64,000 nucleotides of DNA from Mobula hypostoma (lineage: Eukaryota). A program made the position numbers and the translations under genes. This document shows positions 38,983 to 52,094 of this stretch, one piece after another. The notes beneath the pieces were generated by a model. The model saw nothing but the letters and a program-made list of their open reading frames with translations. It was not told where the DNA came from and ran no database searches. How positions within the stretch are numbered: the first letter of the stretch is position 1; every line of letters starts with the position of its first letter. The stretch covers positions 109,680,001 through 109,744,000 of the forward strand of contig NC_086097.1 of assembly GCF_963921235.1 (NCBI RefSeq), read 5' to 3'.

Positions 38983-41240
38983 CAAGACAAGACAAAGGAG
39001 CAGAAGTAGGCCATTCGGCCCATCGAGTCTGCTCTGCAGCTCCGCCATGAGCTGAACTATTCACCCATATAGTTCTAATTTCTGGCTTTTTCCCCATATC
39101 CCTTGATACCCTGACTAATTAGATACCTGTCAATCTCCTCCTTAAACACCCTTAATGATCGGGCCTCCACAGGTGTATGTGGCAACGAATTCCACAAATC
39201 CACGACCCTCTGGCTAAAAAAAATTTCTCCTCATCTCTGTTTTAATTGGGTACCCTCTAACTCTAAGACTATGGCCTCTTGTCCTGGACTCACCCACCAA
39301 GGGAAGCAACCTTTCCACATCTACTCTGTCCAACCCTTTCAACATTCAAAATGTTTCTATGAGATCCCCCCTCATTCTTCTGTACTCTAATGAATACAAT
39401 CCAAGAGCCGACAAACACCCCTCATATGTTAGCCCCTGCATTCCAGGAATCATCCTCGTAAATCTTCTCTGAACTCTCTCCAACATCAGTACATCCTTTC
39501 GAAGATAGGGGGCCCAAAACTGCACACAGTATTCCAAATGAGGTCTCACTAATGCCCCATAGAACCTCATCAACACCTCCTTACTCTTATACACTATTCC
39601 TCTTGAAATGAATGCCAACGTAGCATTCGCTTTCCTTACCGCTGATCCAACTTGGTGGTTAACCTTTAGGGTATCCTGCACGAGGACCCCCAAGTCCCTT
39701 CGCACTTCCGATTTTTGAATTTTCTCCCCATCTAAATAATAAACTGCCCGATTATTTCTTCTTCCGAAATGTACAACCGTACATTTGTCAACGTTGTATC
39801 TCATCTGCCATTTCTTTGCCCTCTCTCCTAAACTGACTAAGTCTCTCTGCAACCTTTCCGTTTCTTCAACATTTCCTGCTCCTCCACCTATCTTGGTGTC
39901 ATCCGCAAACTTAGCCACAAAACCATTTAATCCATAATCCAAATCATCGATATACTTCATAAAAAGAAGCGGCCCCAACATCGACCCCTGCGGAACACCA
40001 CTAGTAACTGGCAACCAATCAGAATAGGATCCCTTTACTCCCACCCTTTGCTTTCTGCCTATCAGCCAATGCTCCACCCATTTCAATATCTTTCCTATAA
40101 TTCCATGGGCTCTCATCTTATTAAGCAGCCTTATATGCAGCACCTTATCGTAGGCCTTTTGAAAATCCAAATACACAACATCCACAGCCTCTCCCTTGTC
40201 AATCTTATTCGAGATTACCTCAAAAAATTCCAATAGGTTGGTGAGACAGGATCTTCCCTTCATGAAACCATGCTGGCTTCGGCCTATCTTGACATGCGCC
40301 TCGAGGTATTTCATAACCTCATCCTTGAGGATTGACTCCAATATCTTTCCAACTACTGATGTCAGACTAATAGGTCTGTAATTTTCTTTTTGCTGCCTCC
40401 TTCCTTTCTTAAATAACGGAACTACATTTACGACCTTCCAGTCCTCCAGAACCATGCCAGAGTCTATTGATTCCTGGAAGATCATTTCCAATGCTTCCAC
40501 AATCTCCAAAGCCACCTCCTTCAGAACCCTTGGGTGCACCTCATCTGGACCGGAAGACTTATCTATTCTTAGTCCACTTAGCTTCCCAAGCACTTTCTCT
40601 CTAGTAACCTTGACTGTACCTAATTCTATTCCCTGATACCTCTGGCTATCAGGTATATTGCTCATGTCTTCCACTGTGAAGACTGATGCAAAATACTCAT
40701 TCAGTTCCTCTGCCATCTCCTTGTTATCCATTATAATTTCTCCAGCATCGTTTTCAATTGGTTCCATATCTACTCTTGTCACTCTTTTACTCTTCATATA
40801 TTTAAAAAAACTCTTAGTATCCTTTTTTATGTTAATCGCCAACTTCCTTTCATAATTCATCTTTTCTTTCCTAATGACTTTCTTAGTTTCCTTCTTTTTA
40901 GAAGTCTTCCAGTCCTCATTTTTCCCACTAATTTTTGCTTCCTTGTACGCCGTTTCTTTTGCTTCTCTTTTTGCCTTAACCTCTCTTGTTAGCCACATTT
41001 GTGCCATTTTTCCATTCATGATTTTCTTTTTTCTTGGAATATATTTTTCCTGCATTTTCCTTATTTCTTGTAGGAATTTCATCCAATTCTGCTCTGCCAT
41101 CCCTCCATTTAACTTACTTTTCCAATCGACTTGGGCCAGTTCCTCTCTCATACCACTGTAATTTCCCCTGTTCCACTGAAATATCGATACACCTGATACT
41201 AGCTTCTCCTTTACAAATTTGAAACTGAACTCAATCATAC
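38983..41240 (-). mobile_element. Young 5'-truncated CR1 LINE with a long intact RT ORF
   Basis: ORF 39346-41289 contains NYRPISLTS, YLDFQKAYD, GVPQGSMLGP and FADD; frameshift near 39345; (TCTTG)n tail. Confidence 0.95.
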
Positions 41241-42494
41241 CGAACTCAAACTGAGTCCTCCTTGGTTGCACTGAATGACTATGATGCATACATCATCTGT
41301 GCCCTGTTCATGCCCTTCACTCTCCACAAAACATTTCAGACCTGCCTTCCTGGCCATTTGAGCACAATGCTGACCTCGTCCACCCAGTCCGCTGGAGCTG
41401 ACTTTGCCTGCTAGTACAGGCATGTCCCCATCTCACCTGGTTTAGCCCACCTGATGAAATGATGTGCTGGGGCGTGCCTGCTGTCACATGCAAACAGCTA
41501 CTTGGAGTCACAGGTAGAAGCTGAGTACCTGCTGTCATTACGTACTAAGAACAGAACAGTGTGCAACACTCCAAATGGAATGAGTAAATGCAGGTACAAT
41601 CTTTGCTTATTTTTGTACTCTAAACCTCCTGTAATCACGATCAAGTAATGTGAAGTGCAAAAGCTCCTGAAGACAATAGAGTAAGATGGTTGCAGCCTTT
41701 TGATTCAGCTTTATTCACCTTTCCCTTGCTTCTCACCCTCCACCACATACACTTCATCACTTCCCATTCCCCTGCACTCTCTCCCCTCACCAGAAACATG
41801 AGCAGCTTTGTTCCTATACCTGGTTCCCATGCCATCACCCCCTTTGTCACACTCACTTTCACACACACTCCAATATTTTTCCTTACCCAGAGTCAGCTGT
41901 GCACCCAATAGCTCAGCATATCCTTCATCCCTTTGCTTGCTTTGCAATGAAACTCACCCAAAGGTCATTCTCAAGGCACGTGAAGTCTCGATGTGCGTTC
42001 AGAGAGCCATGGGACCTCAGCTAATTTCTGGACATATATGTCTTCAGATTATTCCCAGTGACTCAAGTATTAGTCTTTAAAGATCTTTTCATCTTTAAAG
42101 TATTATGGTTCTTTTGTGTGTTGCAGGGCAAATTAGCAAATCCTTAGCAACAAGGAACCAATTTCCCTGATGTCCATTCCCCTCACTTAGTCATAATATT
42201 CATCCTCTCAGAATTAAATTTCATGTACAAGCCATTGGTCGGGAGAGGTTGGGAGGTGGGAGGCCTTACAGTAAATGCTGTAAATGTTAACATGTGTGGG
42301 CAGTGGTGGCCATAATCTGAAATCCACTCTAAGGCTTCCCCATGAATGCCCAGGACATAATTGTAAGCATCATACAATCCTGTGACACTAGAGTTAACAG
42401 CTTCAGAGAGAATAGGCCTTTGGTTGTTCACTATGCAGAATGGATCACTGTAGCTCTTTATCTAGAGTCAGAGCCATGGACTCATACAGCACAA

Positions 42495-42798
42495 CGATGT
42501 TCCCTCTAAGCCTCCCGGTATGCACCTGCGCACATAGCATTTGTTGCCGCACTGCTGGAATTGGGCGCAGCTAGAAGACGTTTACAAAACAAGGAAGATG
42601 TTCTTTTTTGTACCGCAATTCATTATATTCTTTGATTAATAACTAATATCAAAAGTATGTGATTTTCTATTTTCATTCTAAATATGCATATTACAAAAAA
42701 ACATTTAAAGTGCTGCACAATTTTCAGGTCATGTAAAATTTCCTGCTCAGAGAAATGGTTTACCTGTGCAGCTGTAAAAAATATTAGAGGGAACATTC
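42495..42798. mobile_element. hAT-type MITE
   Basis: TIRs CGATGTTCCCTCTAA / TTAGAGGGAACATTC; degenerate 8-bp TSD CAGCACAA / CAACACAG. Confidence 0.8.
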
Positions 42799-43323
42799 CA
42801 ACACAGAAACAAACCCTCTGCCCACTGTGTCCATGTCGGCCATCAAAAACTTATCTACACCAACTCCATTCCTCAGTATTGGTGCATAACCTCCTATGCC
42901 AAGATGCCCCAGATGCCCCTCCAAACCCAGCTGAACTCCAATATGGAACACCCCACCAGGGGTGGCGGTAGAGGCAGATAGATTAGGGACATTTAAGAAA
43001 CTCTTAAATAGGCACATAGATGATCGAAAAATTTAGGGCTATGTAGGAGGCAAAGGTTAAGTTGATACTGGAATAGTTAAAAGGTGTGCACAACATTGTG
43101 GGCTGAAAGGCCTGTACTGTTGTAATGTTCTATGTTCCATCTAATCTACTATCAAGCAATTTAAATTTCTGATAGTTTGGCAACTGGCTCACACGTGATA
43201 AGTCCATGCTCCCCAAAGCTCACCATGGCCCTGATTCTTACACTCTCCTGAAACTCTCAGGTGTCAGTGGAAAATGTAATACCTTGTAACATCTGAAGAC
43301 ATTTTATTCAAAATGCGTCTTGG

Positions 43324-43638
43324 TATTATAAGGCATCCGTTAGTCTTGCGAGACTATGGATCTGCGCCTGGAAAGCCATCACTCTCCAGGGCGCAGGCCT
43401 GGGCAAGGTTGTATGGAAGACCAGCAGTTGCCCATGCTGCAAGTCTCCCCTCTCCACGACACCAATGTTGTCCAGGGGAAGGGCACTAGGACCCATACAG
43501 CTTGGCACCAGTGTCGTCGCAGAGCAATAGTGATTTAGTGCCTTGCTCAAGGACACAAAACATTCCCTCGGCTGGGGCTCGAACTCACGACCTTCAGGTA
43601 GCTAGTCCAATGCCTTAACCACTTGGCCACGTGCTCAC
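43324..43638 (-). mobile_element. tRNA-derived SINE with an RTE-derived 3' half
   Basis: A box TGGCCAAGTGG, B box GTTCGAGCC, central GTGTCCTTGAGCAAGGCACT, tail homologous to 45030-45160. Confidence 0.85.
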
Positions 43639-43784
43639 GTGTATTGTTATTAATAGTCTAATTAATGTCTAATAACCTGGAAGATCTGTCAGACCTGCAG
43701 CACCAAAGTCCTGAGCCTGCTAAACAATTAGATTTCTGTTGTACTTGCTAAAGTTGTGGAAGTATTTGCCTCCATCACCCCTCA

Positions 43785-44130
43785 AGTTCCAGTTTAATTG
43801 TCATTCAACTATACATGAATATCCATAAATACAGCCAAACGAAACTGCGTTACTCTGAGGCCAAGATGCAAAACACAGTAACAGCAGTCACACACAGCAT
43901 AAGGCACATGTAGCACAGATAAGACAGGAAGCACATACAAGATTATCAGTAAAATACAGTCAAGAAAAAAGTACAGTCCAAGCCCCTGAGTCCATGAATG
44001 TTGAGGCAGTCTGTAGAGGAACACAATATGGCGTGTCTTCTACCAAGCCAACACTGGAGAGCAGCACAGACCCCAAGCTTGGACGCCACACCGCACCCTC
44101 TCCCCCTCCCCGCGACAAAGAGTGTTTCAG
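43785..44130 (-). mobile_element. Non-autonomous retroposon fragment (second copy at ~46003-46290)
   Basis: Both copies share CATGAATATCCAT..ATACAGCCAAA..GAGGCCAAG..CCAAGCCAACACTGGAGAGCAGC. Confidence 0.6.
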
Positions 44131-45018
44131 ATTTTACAACTGTCTGCATGTAAAACCTTCTCCCTGAAACCCATTCTGAAGTTTCTCCCTACCTGTCCTT
44201 TCTGTGGCTCTCATACACCTTGTTCAGTCTTCACACAGGAGCTGACCCAAACAGATTGGCTTTCAAGTGGAACCAGGCCACAAGGCAAACAGTTACTCAT
44301 ATCTGGAGTCCAAATGAAAAAGCGTGAGATAAATGGTATCTTTACACCAACATCAAGCTTTGCTACAAATTACTGAGAATCTGGATAAAGTTGCTGATTG
44401 TAAGTGACTTTTCATGCCATGAGTAAGCATAGATACACAGAAGAAATTAAGTGGATGCTAAGAGTGTAGGTCACTCTAGGTCCACTGTCCCAATTCTTCA
44501 CAGCAGAGTGTCAACAATTTCCATCACATCCAACAAGTCAGTGCACTCGTCAGATCCACACCTCAGTGCTTGGCATCCCAACACCAGCCCTCACGGGCAC
44601 CTCTTCACGAGAGCTGTGGCACCCTAATTCCTAAATCACCAGCAGCAGAGGAGGTAGATTTATTCCAGGTTCCCAGCACCACAATGGGCAGCACCAGCAC
44701 AGGACTGGTGTTCATGCTAATGTTCCAGCATTGCAACATGTAGTCATGGGAAAGGTAGGGATTTGTGCTGGGCTTCAGTCATAGCGACATGCAGCCCAAG
44801 GAGATATCATTTTTAAAGCACAAAATTATGTAACTGTGAGTGTACAGACCTCAGGTTATCAGTGCTCGACAGGATAGATCATTGAGGTTTCAGTTTATGC
44901 TAGACAGGACACTTTGGCCTCTGTCTCTCACAGTCAAAGAGGCTAAAGCAATGATGACCATGCAGAGAGGTAAGAAGTGAGTGTTGCAAGAGTAATCGTA
45001 AGTTTGAATGTGGCATAT

Positions 45019-45626
45019 GTGTGTGGCCTTCGTCGGCCGTGGTCAGCAATGGGTACTGCACCTCTAGTAGTCACTGGGAGTGCCTCTCCCGGGCGCAAGC
45101 CAGGGCAAAGTAGATATGGAGATCCGTCTGTTGCCCATGCAGTGGAACCCCCCTCTCCATGCTGATGACAGGTCCAAAGGAACGATGAAAGTCAATATAG
45201 TTTGGTGCCAGCAGCATCACAGGAGTTGTCGTGCCGGTGCTGGGTACAGCAGTCAGCTGCCTTTTGGACTCCAACTTTGGATTTTTCCTCGGGGTTTACT
45301 CCCAAAGCCTTTCCCATGAGCAGGTATAACTGCAATGCAGTGGAGGTTTGAAATCAGTTTTCCCTCTCCTAGATGACCTACCATCCATGGTTAATGAGCC
45401 CCATCTGCCTGGAGCAACTGGTTTTGAGGCGCCAGTGGCCCGCCTTTGCCCCTTCACCTATCAGTGAGAACAGCTCTGCCGGGCATAAGAACTATACCAT
45501 ACGGGAATGCCAGGAGTTGGACTTGGTTGTCAGAGGCTGTTTGAGATGCACGCCATGAAGAGCATTTGTTTAGCAGTGGGAGCTCGTCCCCACTACCACC
45601 CTTCAGCTATGACTACCCTTGGAGCC
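45019..45626 (-). mobile_element. Non-autonomous RTE-derived element, apparently full length
   Basis: 11-bp TSD ATGTGGCATAT (45008-45018 / 45627-45637); RTE-like CATCTAGGAGAGGGAAAACTG and GCATGGGCAAC motifs. Confidence 0.75.
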
Positions 45627-46749
45627 ATGTGGCATATAATTCAGGCATAATCTATGCCATGGTATACATTCTGCAGTTCAGGACAGTTCTTTTCCAACTC
45701 TGATGAAGAGCCACCAGCCTGAAAAAGCACAGCGGAACGCAGCTCTGAACTCTGACACCTTGAGCTGTAATAGCATCGCACTAGCCATGACATTACCATA
45801 GCGCCCCTGTATCACACGCGTACAGACTTTATGCTATACCTCCTTGATCTTTAATCTTTCTCCTCAACTCAGAACCAGAACTACCCCATCTTTAACAACT
45901 TGTGAAGAAGGTTCAATATAATGGCCAAATCTAGTAACGATAGTCAGTCTGAAGTCCATATAAACAACTTATGACTGTCTAAGATGCAGATTTGTTTTAT
46001 GGTTCAAGTTCAAGTTTGATTGCCATTCAACCTTACATGAATATCCATGAATACAGCCAAATGAAACAGTGCTAGTCTGAGGCCAAGGAACAAACCACAG
46101 AATCCACATTCATACACAGCACAAGGTACATATCGTATATTTAAGATAGCAAGTGCATATACGGTATCAGTAAAATACAGTCACATAAGATAGTCCAAGA
46201 CACTGAGTTCATGAACATTGCAGAAATCTGCAGTCCACCTGACCACAATACAGCTTGTCTTCTGCCAAGCCAACACTGGAGAGCAGCAGGGTCTTATGAT
46301 CATAAGAAATACATTTAAAAAGGACAATAGCACCTTTCGTTGACCCAGTAGAAGCTGCTGCAATCGAACACACTGCCATCTTACCAGAAGATGTGGATTT
46401 ACAATGAAAGCAGAAAATGTTGTCAATATTCTGCAGGTTGGAAGTATCTGTGGAGATATAAATAGGGTTAACATTTTCAGGTCAATATCATCTGATCCTG
46501 TAAGGTATTTCTAGCAATTTCTGGTTTTCTTCCATATTTCCATTATAATTTTGAACAGGTCTGGTAACTTTCTGAGAACCTTCTCCAGAAGGTTCAAGTG
46601 TTGCGGTTGAGTATCTGTGGAAATAAAGGTGTCACCTTTGTTACACAAACTTCTTGGGATGCACTGCATCATTTGGTCAATGAAGATATTTGTAGGTGAA
46701 TTAAACCTATGTACACCTTGAAGTGAATACGCAGCTCCTAATTCTCATT

Positions 46750-47602
46750 TGTCATACGGGGTCGATGGAAGCAGACTCAAACACAAGACACAGACACTGA
46801 AGTACTAGGAACTGGAATATGTTTATTAAGAATGCTAGGGAAGCCAAGGAGCGAGGACAAAATGATAACATGAAGGTAGACATAGAGTGACAAACCGAAA
46901 AACCTGGACTTGGACTTGGGACTTGAACTTGACAGGGAACTCAGATCATGACTTGGAACTTGGGTCTTGGCAGGGACTCGGCACCTGGGTCAAGACTTGG
47001 CTCTTGGCTAGAACTAGGACTTGGCTTGGACTGGACTTGGACTTGGCTTGGATTTAACCCTCGATTTGGACTTGGAACTTGACTCTCAACTTGGACTAAG
47101 CTCAGACTTGACTTAGACACAGGACACAGAACACTGAGCCAGGGCTCCTCCTTGGACACAGGACATAGAGCTGGGACTCTTCTTAGACACAGGGCACAAA
47201 ACACTGAGACCATTCCCCCTCAGGGTAGTGGCAAATGGCTGGACCTACCCAGCGGAGGAGAGAACATGGAGAGACAAAACCACACAATGATAGACTGTTC
47301 TTTATCTTGACACAAAAAGGTTCCAAGTAGGCAAGTCCCAGACACAGCCCAAGACAGGACAATGGCTCTAGTCGCACTCCGGCGGGTTAACTTGAGGGGG
47401 ATTCTGACAAGGTTACTGACGAAGACAGTCCAGCAAGGAATCACTGGACCCCAGAGCTATTTATGTTGCCAGCCCGAAACCAGAATCAGGTGTCTCAATT
47501 AAGGCGCCCAACAGAACAGGGGAAAAAAGAAATAGCAGGAATACGGAATCCACGGTCCGGACCATGAACCGGAATGTGGACTTCACGGACCAGACCATGA
47601 CA
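46750..47602 (-). mobile_element. Solo LTR (853 bp) with an internal (ACTTGG)n minisatellite
   Basis: TGTCAT...ATGACA inverted ends; 5-bp TSD TCATT (46745-46749 / 47603-47607); minus-strand ATAAATA at ~47458 and AATAAA at ~46822. Confidence 0.88.
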
Positions 47603-48309
47603 TCATTGTTCTGACAGCAGCTGTACAGGGACATGAAACAGGTCCAGCTTACTCTATGAATAAATCTTGTAAAATGGGCAAAAGGTATTGCTCATTATCA
47701 GTGGCTCAGCGATTTTGTCATCCCCAACATCATATCAGAGTATCTACTTTCATAACCTATAGTAATAAGGTTGCACATTCACAATGTTGTACTTCAACCA
47801 CACCTCTTTCGTTTTTAGTTTGCATATATTTTTCTTCCACTTGTTACTCAAAGGCAAAGGAAGCTTTTATGGCCTGATCGTAAGTGGTCTTGTCCTGCAG
47901 ACACACTCAAAGTTAGGCTTCATTGAATTCATGAAAAGATACTTGCACTCTGCTGAAAGCACCTGCAGAAACAGTACAATCATATAAATACAATAGATCA
48001 CAGAATATATGTTAAAAATCACACTATTCAGTCATTAATAAGGAAGGAAATGTTGGAGTACATGATAAGACAGGCAGAAACAAAAAAAAAGAGCAGGCAT
48101 TTCCATCGAAATCAAACATGAAAAGTGAGCGTTGGTCAGACAGAAAATTGATCTGGGAAATTCAAGCAATAAGGTAAAAGGATGGTAAATGAGTTAACCA
48201 TCATTCTTCACTGTGGATGGTACCGATAACATCTGAGAATAACTGGGAAATGGGAAACAGAAAAGAATGGGAGTGCTGCTGAGAAAACTGTTGGAGCTCT
48301 GATTTATAA

Positions 48310-48820
48310 GTAGCGGGCTCCTGAAGGACAGGTGGACAGGTATCATGAACAAAGTCACCAGAGAGACACTGAAGCTAAGTGGATACAGAAATGTTTATTT
48401 GGCAAAAACACAAGACACACTTGGAGGAAGAGGCCTGCCTAACCCAATATCGCATGACATTTTTGTATGCTAAAGGTGAAAGGTAAAAACAGGACAATTC
48501 TATAGTTACAATGTATCTACAATACTTCCTTTGATTTACATATAGTTTTTAAACATTTCCCTCTTCACATCCACATTCCAGACACCTGAAATGAATGTTA
48601 ATTCCCACTGACTCTAGGCCACATTCAAGTATATGCAGGCATCTGTGGTTTAAGTGCAGCGTTTCTTTGCTTGCAATTGAACCCAACCTGCGGCTCCAGG
48701 AATCCCATTGTTCAGAGCTGTGTTTCAAACTCCATCTGCTATCCACATTCAAATCTGAAGAATGGCTGCTATTGAAATTGATAGCTGCTATCTACACTAA
48801 CTCCAGGATACATCCTAACA
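48310..48820 (-). mobile_element. Possible solo LTR
   Basis: Minus-strand start TGTTAGG and AATAAA at ~48394; no TSD confirmed. Confidence 0.3.
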
Positions 48821-49821
48821 GATCTATGATGACAAGATGCCAATCCAAGCTCAAAGCTTGTCCAAGTTGCCCACATTTGATCCATATTCATGCACCTGTC
48901 AAAGATCAAGGTAAATTTATTATCAAAGTATGTACATGTCATCATATATAATCTTGAAATTCATTTTCTTGCGGACATATTCCCTATTCTTTTAACCACC
49001 TTTTAAAAGCTGTCAGTGTACCTGATCCTAGGATATGAAAAGAAGTGGTTACTAAGCTAACTGATGTGTTGGTTTTAACTGAGAAAGGTTCCATTAGAAT
49101 GTAAAATAGCTAAACCTAGCTTCTCTATTCAACAAGGTGTGGGCTCAGAACTATAGGCCAACTCACTCAATACCTCTCATTTAAAAATATTAGATATCAT
49201 TAATGATTACATGTAACAGGCTTATTCATTATAAACAGACCTTTGTCTGAATGCTGTTACATAAGCTCCGCTATTGTCACGTAAATACTGTATTATTGAG
49301 ACAGGTACCTTGAATTACACAGCTTTCAAAATACATGTGACAGGGGATTATTCAGCAAGAGGCCTTTATTTTAGAGGCACTGAACTTTCACAACTGAGCC
49401 ACATTCAGGAGCTGTTACCGAGGAAAAGTGGGTAGAATAGAGAATATTCAAGGGAAGAGGAAAGACCAAGCAAGGCACCTTTTCCTCAGATTGCAGTGTT
49501 CTTCTCACACAATGGCCACGGGAGTCCTCCTTACTTGGGAGAATGAAGAAACCACAACCCCAGCCCCATACTCAGCATAAACATGCTTGTTGCTTTATCC
49601 CAAAGTCAACCCTTGCACTTTATCAACTCATGCCTGGAGCTGCAGCTGGTGGAATCACTGAACATTCAGCACCTTGTTACACGATACTACAAAGTCTACA
49701 CAAACTACAGTGGGCAACAATTTTTTTCAAAGTATTGCTTCCTCAGGAATATTTTTTGTATATGGTAATTTGTAATAGTACAACTAAGCTAAAAATATTT
49801 TGCTGATGATTTTCATTTGTA

Positions 49822-50384
49822 CACAGTATCTGAGATTTCTCACTTAAGTGTCCAACAATAATCAGCCAGCACTGATGGATTCCAGTTGACCTGATACTGT
49901 TTCGCCACGACCGCAACGTCCTGGTGAAACCTTTCACCATACTCATCACTGATTTGCAGGGAAGAAGTCTAAATGGGACTGCAGAAAATGAATCTTTAAT
50001 GACATGTTGCTCTTCATGGGTTTGTATGCTTAAAGCATGGTGTCAACCAGCTGCATATAGTTTGGTGCTCTGTAGTTGCCAAGAAAATTTTCAAAAACAT
50101 CCTGAATGCCTTCCATGAAATTTTCTCTGGTCCTACTAGAAGTTCTTCGAATTGCCTGTCATTGGTGATCTGTTTTGATTTGTGGACCAACAAAAACGCC
50201 TTCCTTAATCTTTGCATCAGTTATTCTGACTTGAATTATGAATTGAAATAACAAGTATCGACAATTTTTAAAAAAAAAATGGTGCATGACAGGGAAATTA
50301 CTTGGTGATCTTCATCAGCAGCAGCCCAAAATCAATAAGATACACCCAAAAGTATTTAGGAAGCAACACCTTTGTTATCCAGTG
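49822..50384 (-). mobile_element. Internally deleted DNA transposon, Chapaev3-like transposase C-terminal relic
   Basis: Minus strand reads DAKIKEGVFVGPQI, MSLKIHFLQSHLDFFPA and SDEYGERFHQDV across frameshifts; terminus CACTGGATAAC. Superfamily assigned from recalled motifs. Confidence 0.65.
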
Positions 50385-50739
50385 TTTTCAGTTTTCTCTG
50401 CTGACTTCAAAGAGATCATGGAAAATTGTTGCTCCCAAAACATCCTGAAATAAGTTAAATTCTCTGATTTTGGGACAATATCAATTTACCAGGATGTTTG
50501 GACATCCTAGATGTTTCCTGCATCTGGGGTGAGTCAGACTTTTTGTAAGATTTTATACATAGGTTACAAAACCAAGTGGATTACACAGAATCTCTGAAAC
50601 ACTGAATCAACTGCAACCAGAGTATTGTAGTCACTTCTGGATTCGAAGCTGGGAAAAGGATGGGCAGGTTTTAGATTTGGTTCCAAAAAGAACTACTATA
50701 ACGTGAACAATAATGAGAAAGTTCAAAGGGAGCCTTTTC

Positions 50740-51760
50740 TGGCTCCAAAGAGGTGACTAGTGGTGTTCCACAGAGGTCTGTGTTGGGACTGTTTCTTTTT
50801 ACGTTGTATGTCAATGATTTGGATGATGGAATTAATGGCTTTGTTGAAAAGTGTGCAGATGATATGAAGATAAGTGGAGAGGTAGGTAGTGCTGTAGAAG
50901 CAGAGAGGCTAAAGAAGGACTTTGATAAGGAGAATGGGTGAAGAAGTGGCAGATGGAATACAGTGTTGGAAAATGTCTAATCATGGACTTTGGTAGAAGA
51001 AATAAAAACTTAGACTATTTTCTCAATGGAGAGAAAATTTAAAAATCTGAGGTGTAAAGGGAGCCCTTGTGCAGCATTCCCTAAAGGTTAACTTACAGGT
51101 TGAGTCAGTGGTGAGGAAGGCAAATGGAATATTAGCATTCATTTTGAGAAGAACTAGAATATAAAAGCAAGGATTTATTGTTGAGGCTTTATAAAGCACT
51201 GGTGAAGCCTCATTTAGAATATTGTGAGCAGTTTTGGCCTCTAAGGACGGATGTGCAGACTTAGGAGAGGGTTTGAAGGAGGTTCACGAAAATGATTCTG
51301 AGATTGAAAGGCTTCTCATATGAGGAGTGTTTGATGGCTCTGGGCCTGTACTCACTAAAATTCAGAAGAAACAGAGTGTAATCTCACTGAATAATATCGG
51401 ATGTTGAAAAGCTTGGATAGAGTGGATTTGGAAAGGATGTTTCCTATTGTGGGGGAGTCTAAGATGAAAGGACACATGTTCAAAATAAAGGGATGTCGAT
51501 TTAGCATGGAGGTGAGGAGGAACTTTTTGAGCCAGAGAGTGGTGAATCTGCGGAATTTGTTGCCACAGGCGGCTGTGGAGGTTAAGTCATTGCGTATATT
51601 AAAGGCAGAAGTTGATAGATTCTTGATTTGTCAGGGCACGAAGGGTTACAGAGAGAAAGCAAGAGATTGGGGCTGAGAGGGAAAATAGATCAGCCATGAT
51701 AAAGTGGTGGAGCAGTTGTGATGGGCCAAATGGCCTAATTTTGCTCCTATATCTTATGAA
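50740..51760 (+). mobile_element. CR1 RT and 3' end (decayed)
   Basis: TSGVPQRSVLG, ADD and RRNFLSQRVVNL. Confidence 0.85.
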
Positions 51761-52094
51761 CAGAGAGAAAATTGAGGGAGCAGGCCAATGCACAGTAATA
51801 CAACCATGAAGGGCCCTATGCTATACTGTTTATGTTCACCCTTTCATGCAATGAATTTCATACCCTAATTGCTTCTTCATGCCACACCTATATTGAAGGC
51901 TAATCATTTTGCATTGATGTTCATTGGTTCTCAACATCACAACCAAAAGAAACAGTTTATTTAAAATCCAGCTTGTCTGCATCCTTCATGATTTTAAATA
52001 GTTACAGAATCATATGATCAATCAAATCACAACTCGGCCTTCTTTGTTCTAAGTAGAAGAACCCAAGATGTTCAGCTTTTCCATGTAATTTGAC

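Noticed and set aside
43565..43638. tRNA gene
   Set aside because: It is a SINE head: no acceptor-stem closure or terminator, and it runs into a SINE body.
45540..45626. HDV-like ribozyme at the RTE derivative's 5' end
   Set aside because: Only a simple hairpin (GGTAGTGGG/CCCACTGCT) is visible; I could not build the nested double pseudoknot.
46905..47210. CRISPR-like array
   Set aside because: Degenerate hexamer repeats without unique spacers, inside a eukaryotic LTR, with no cas genes.
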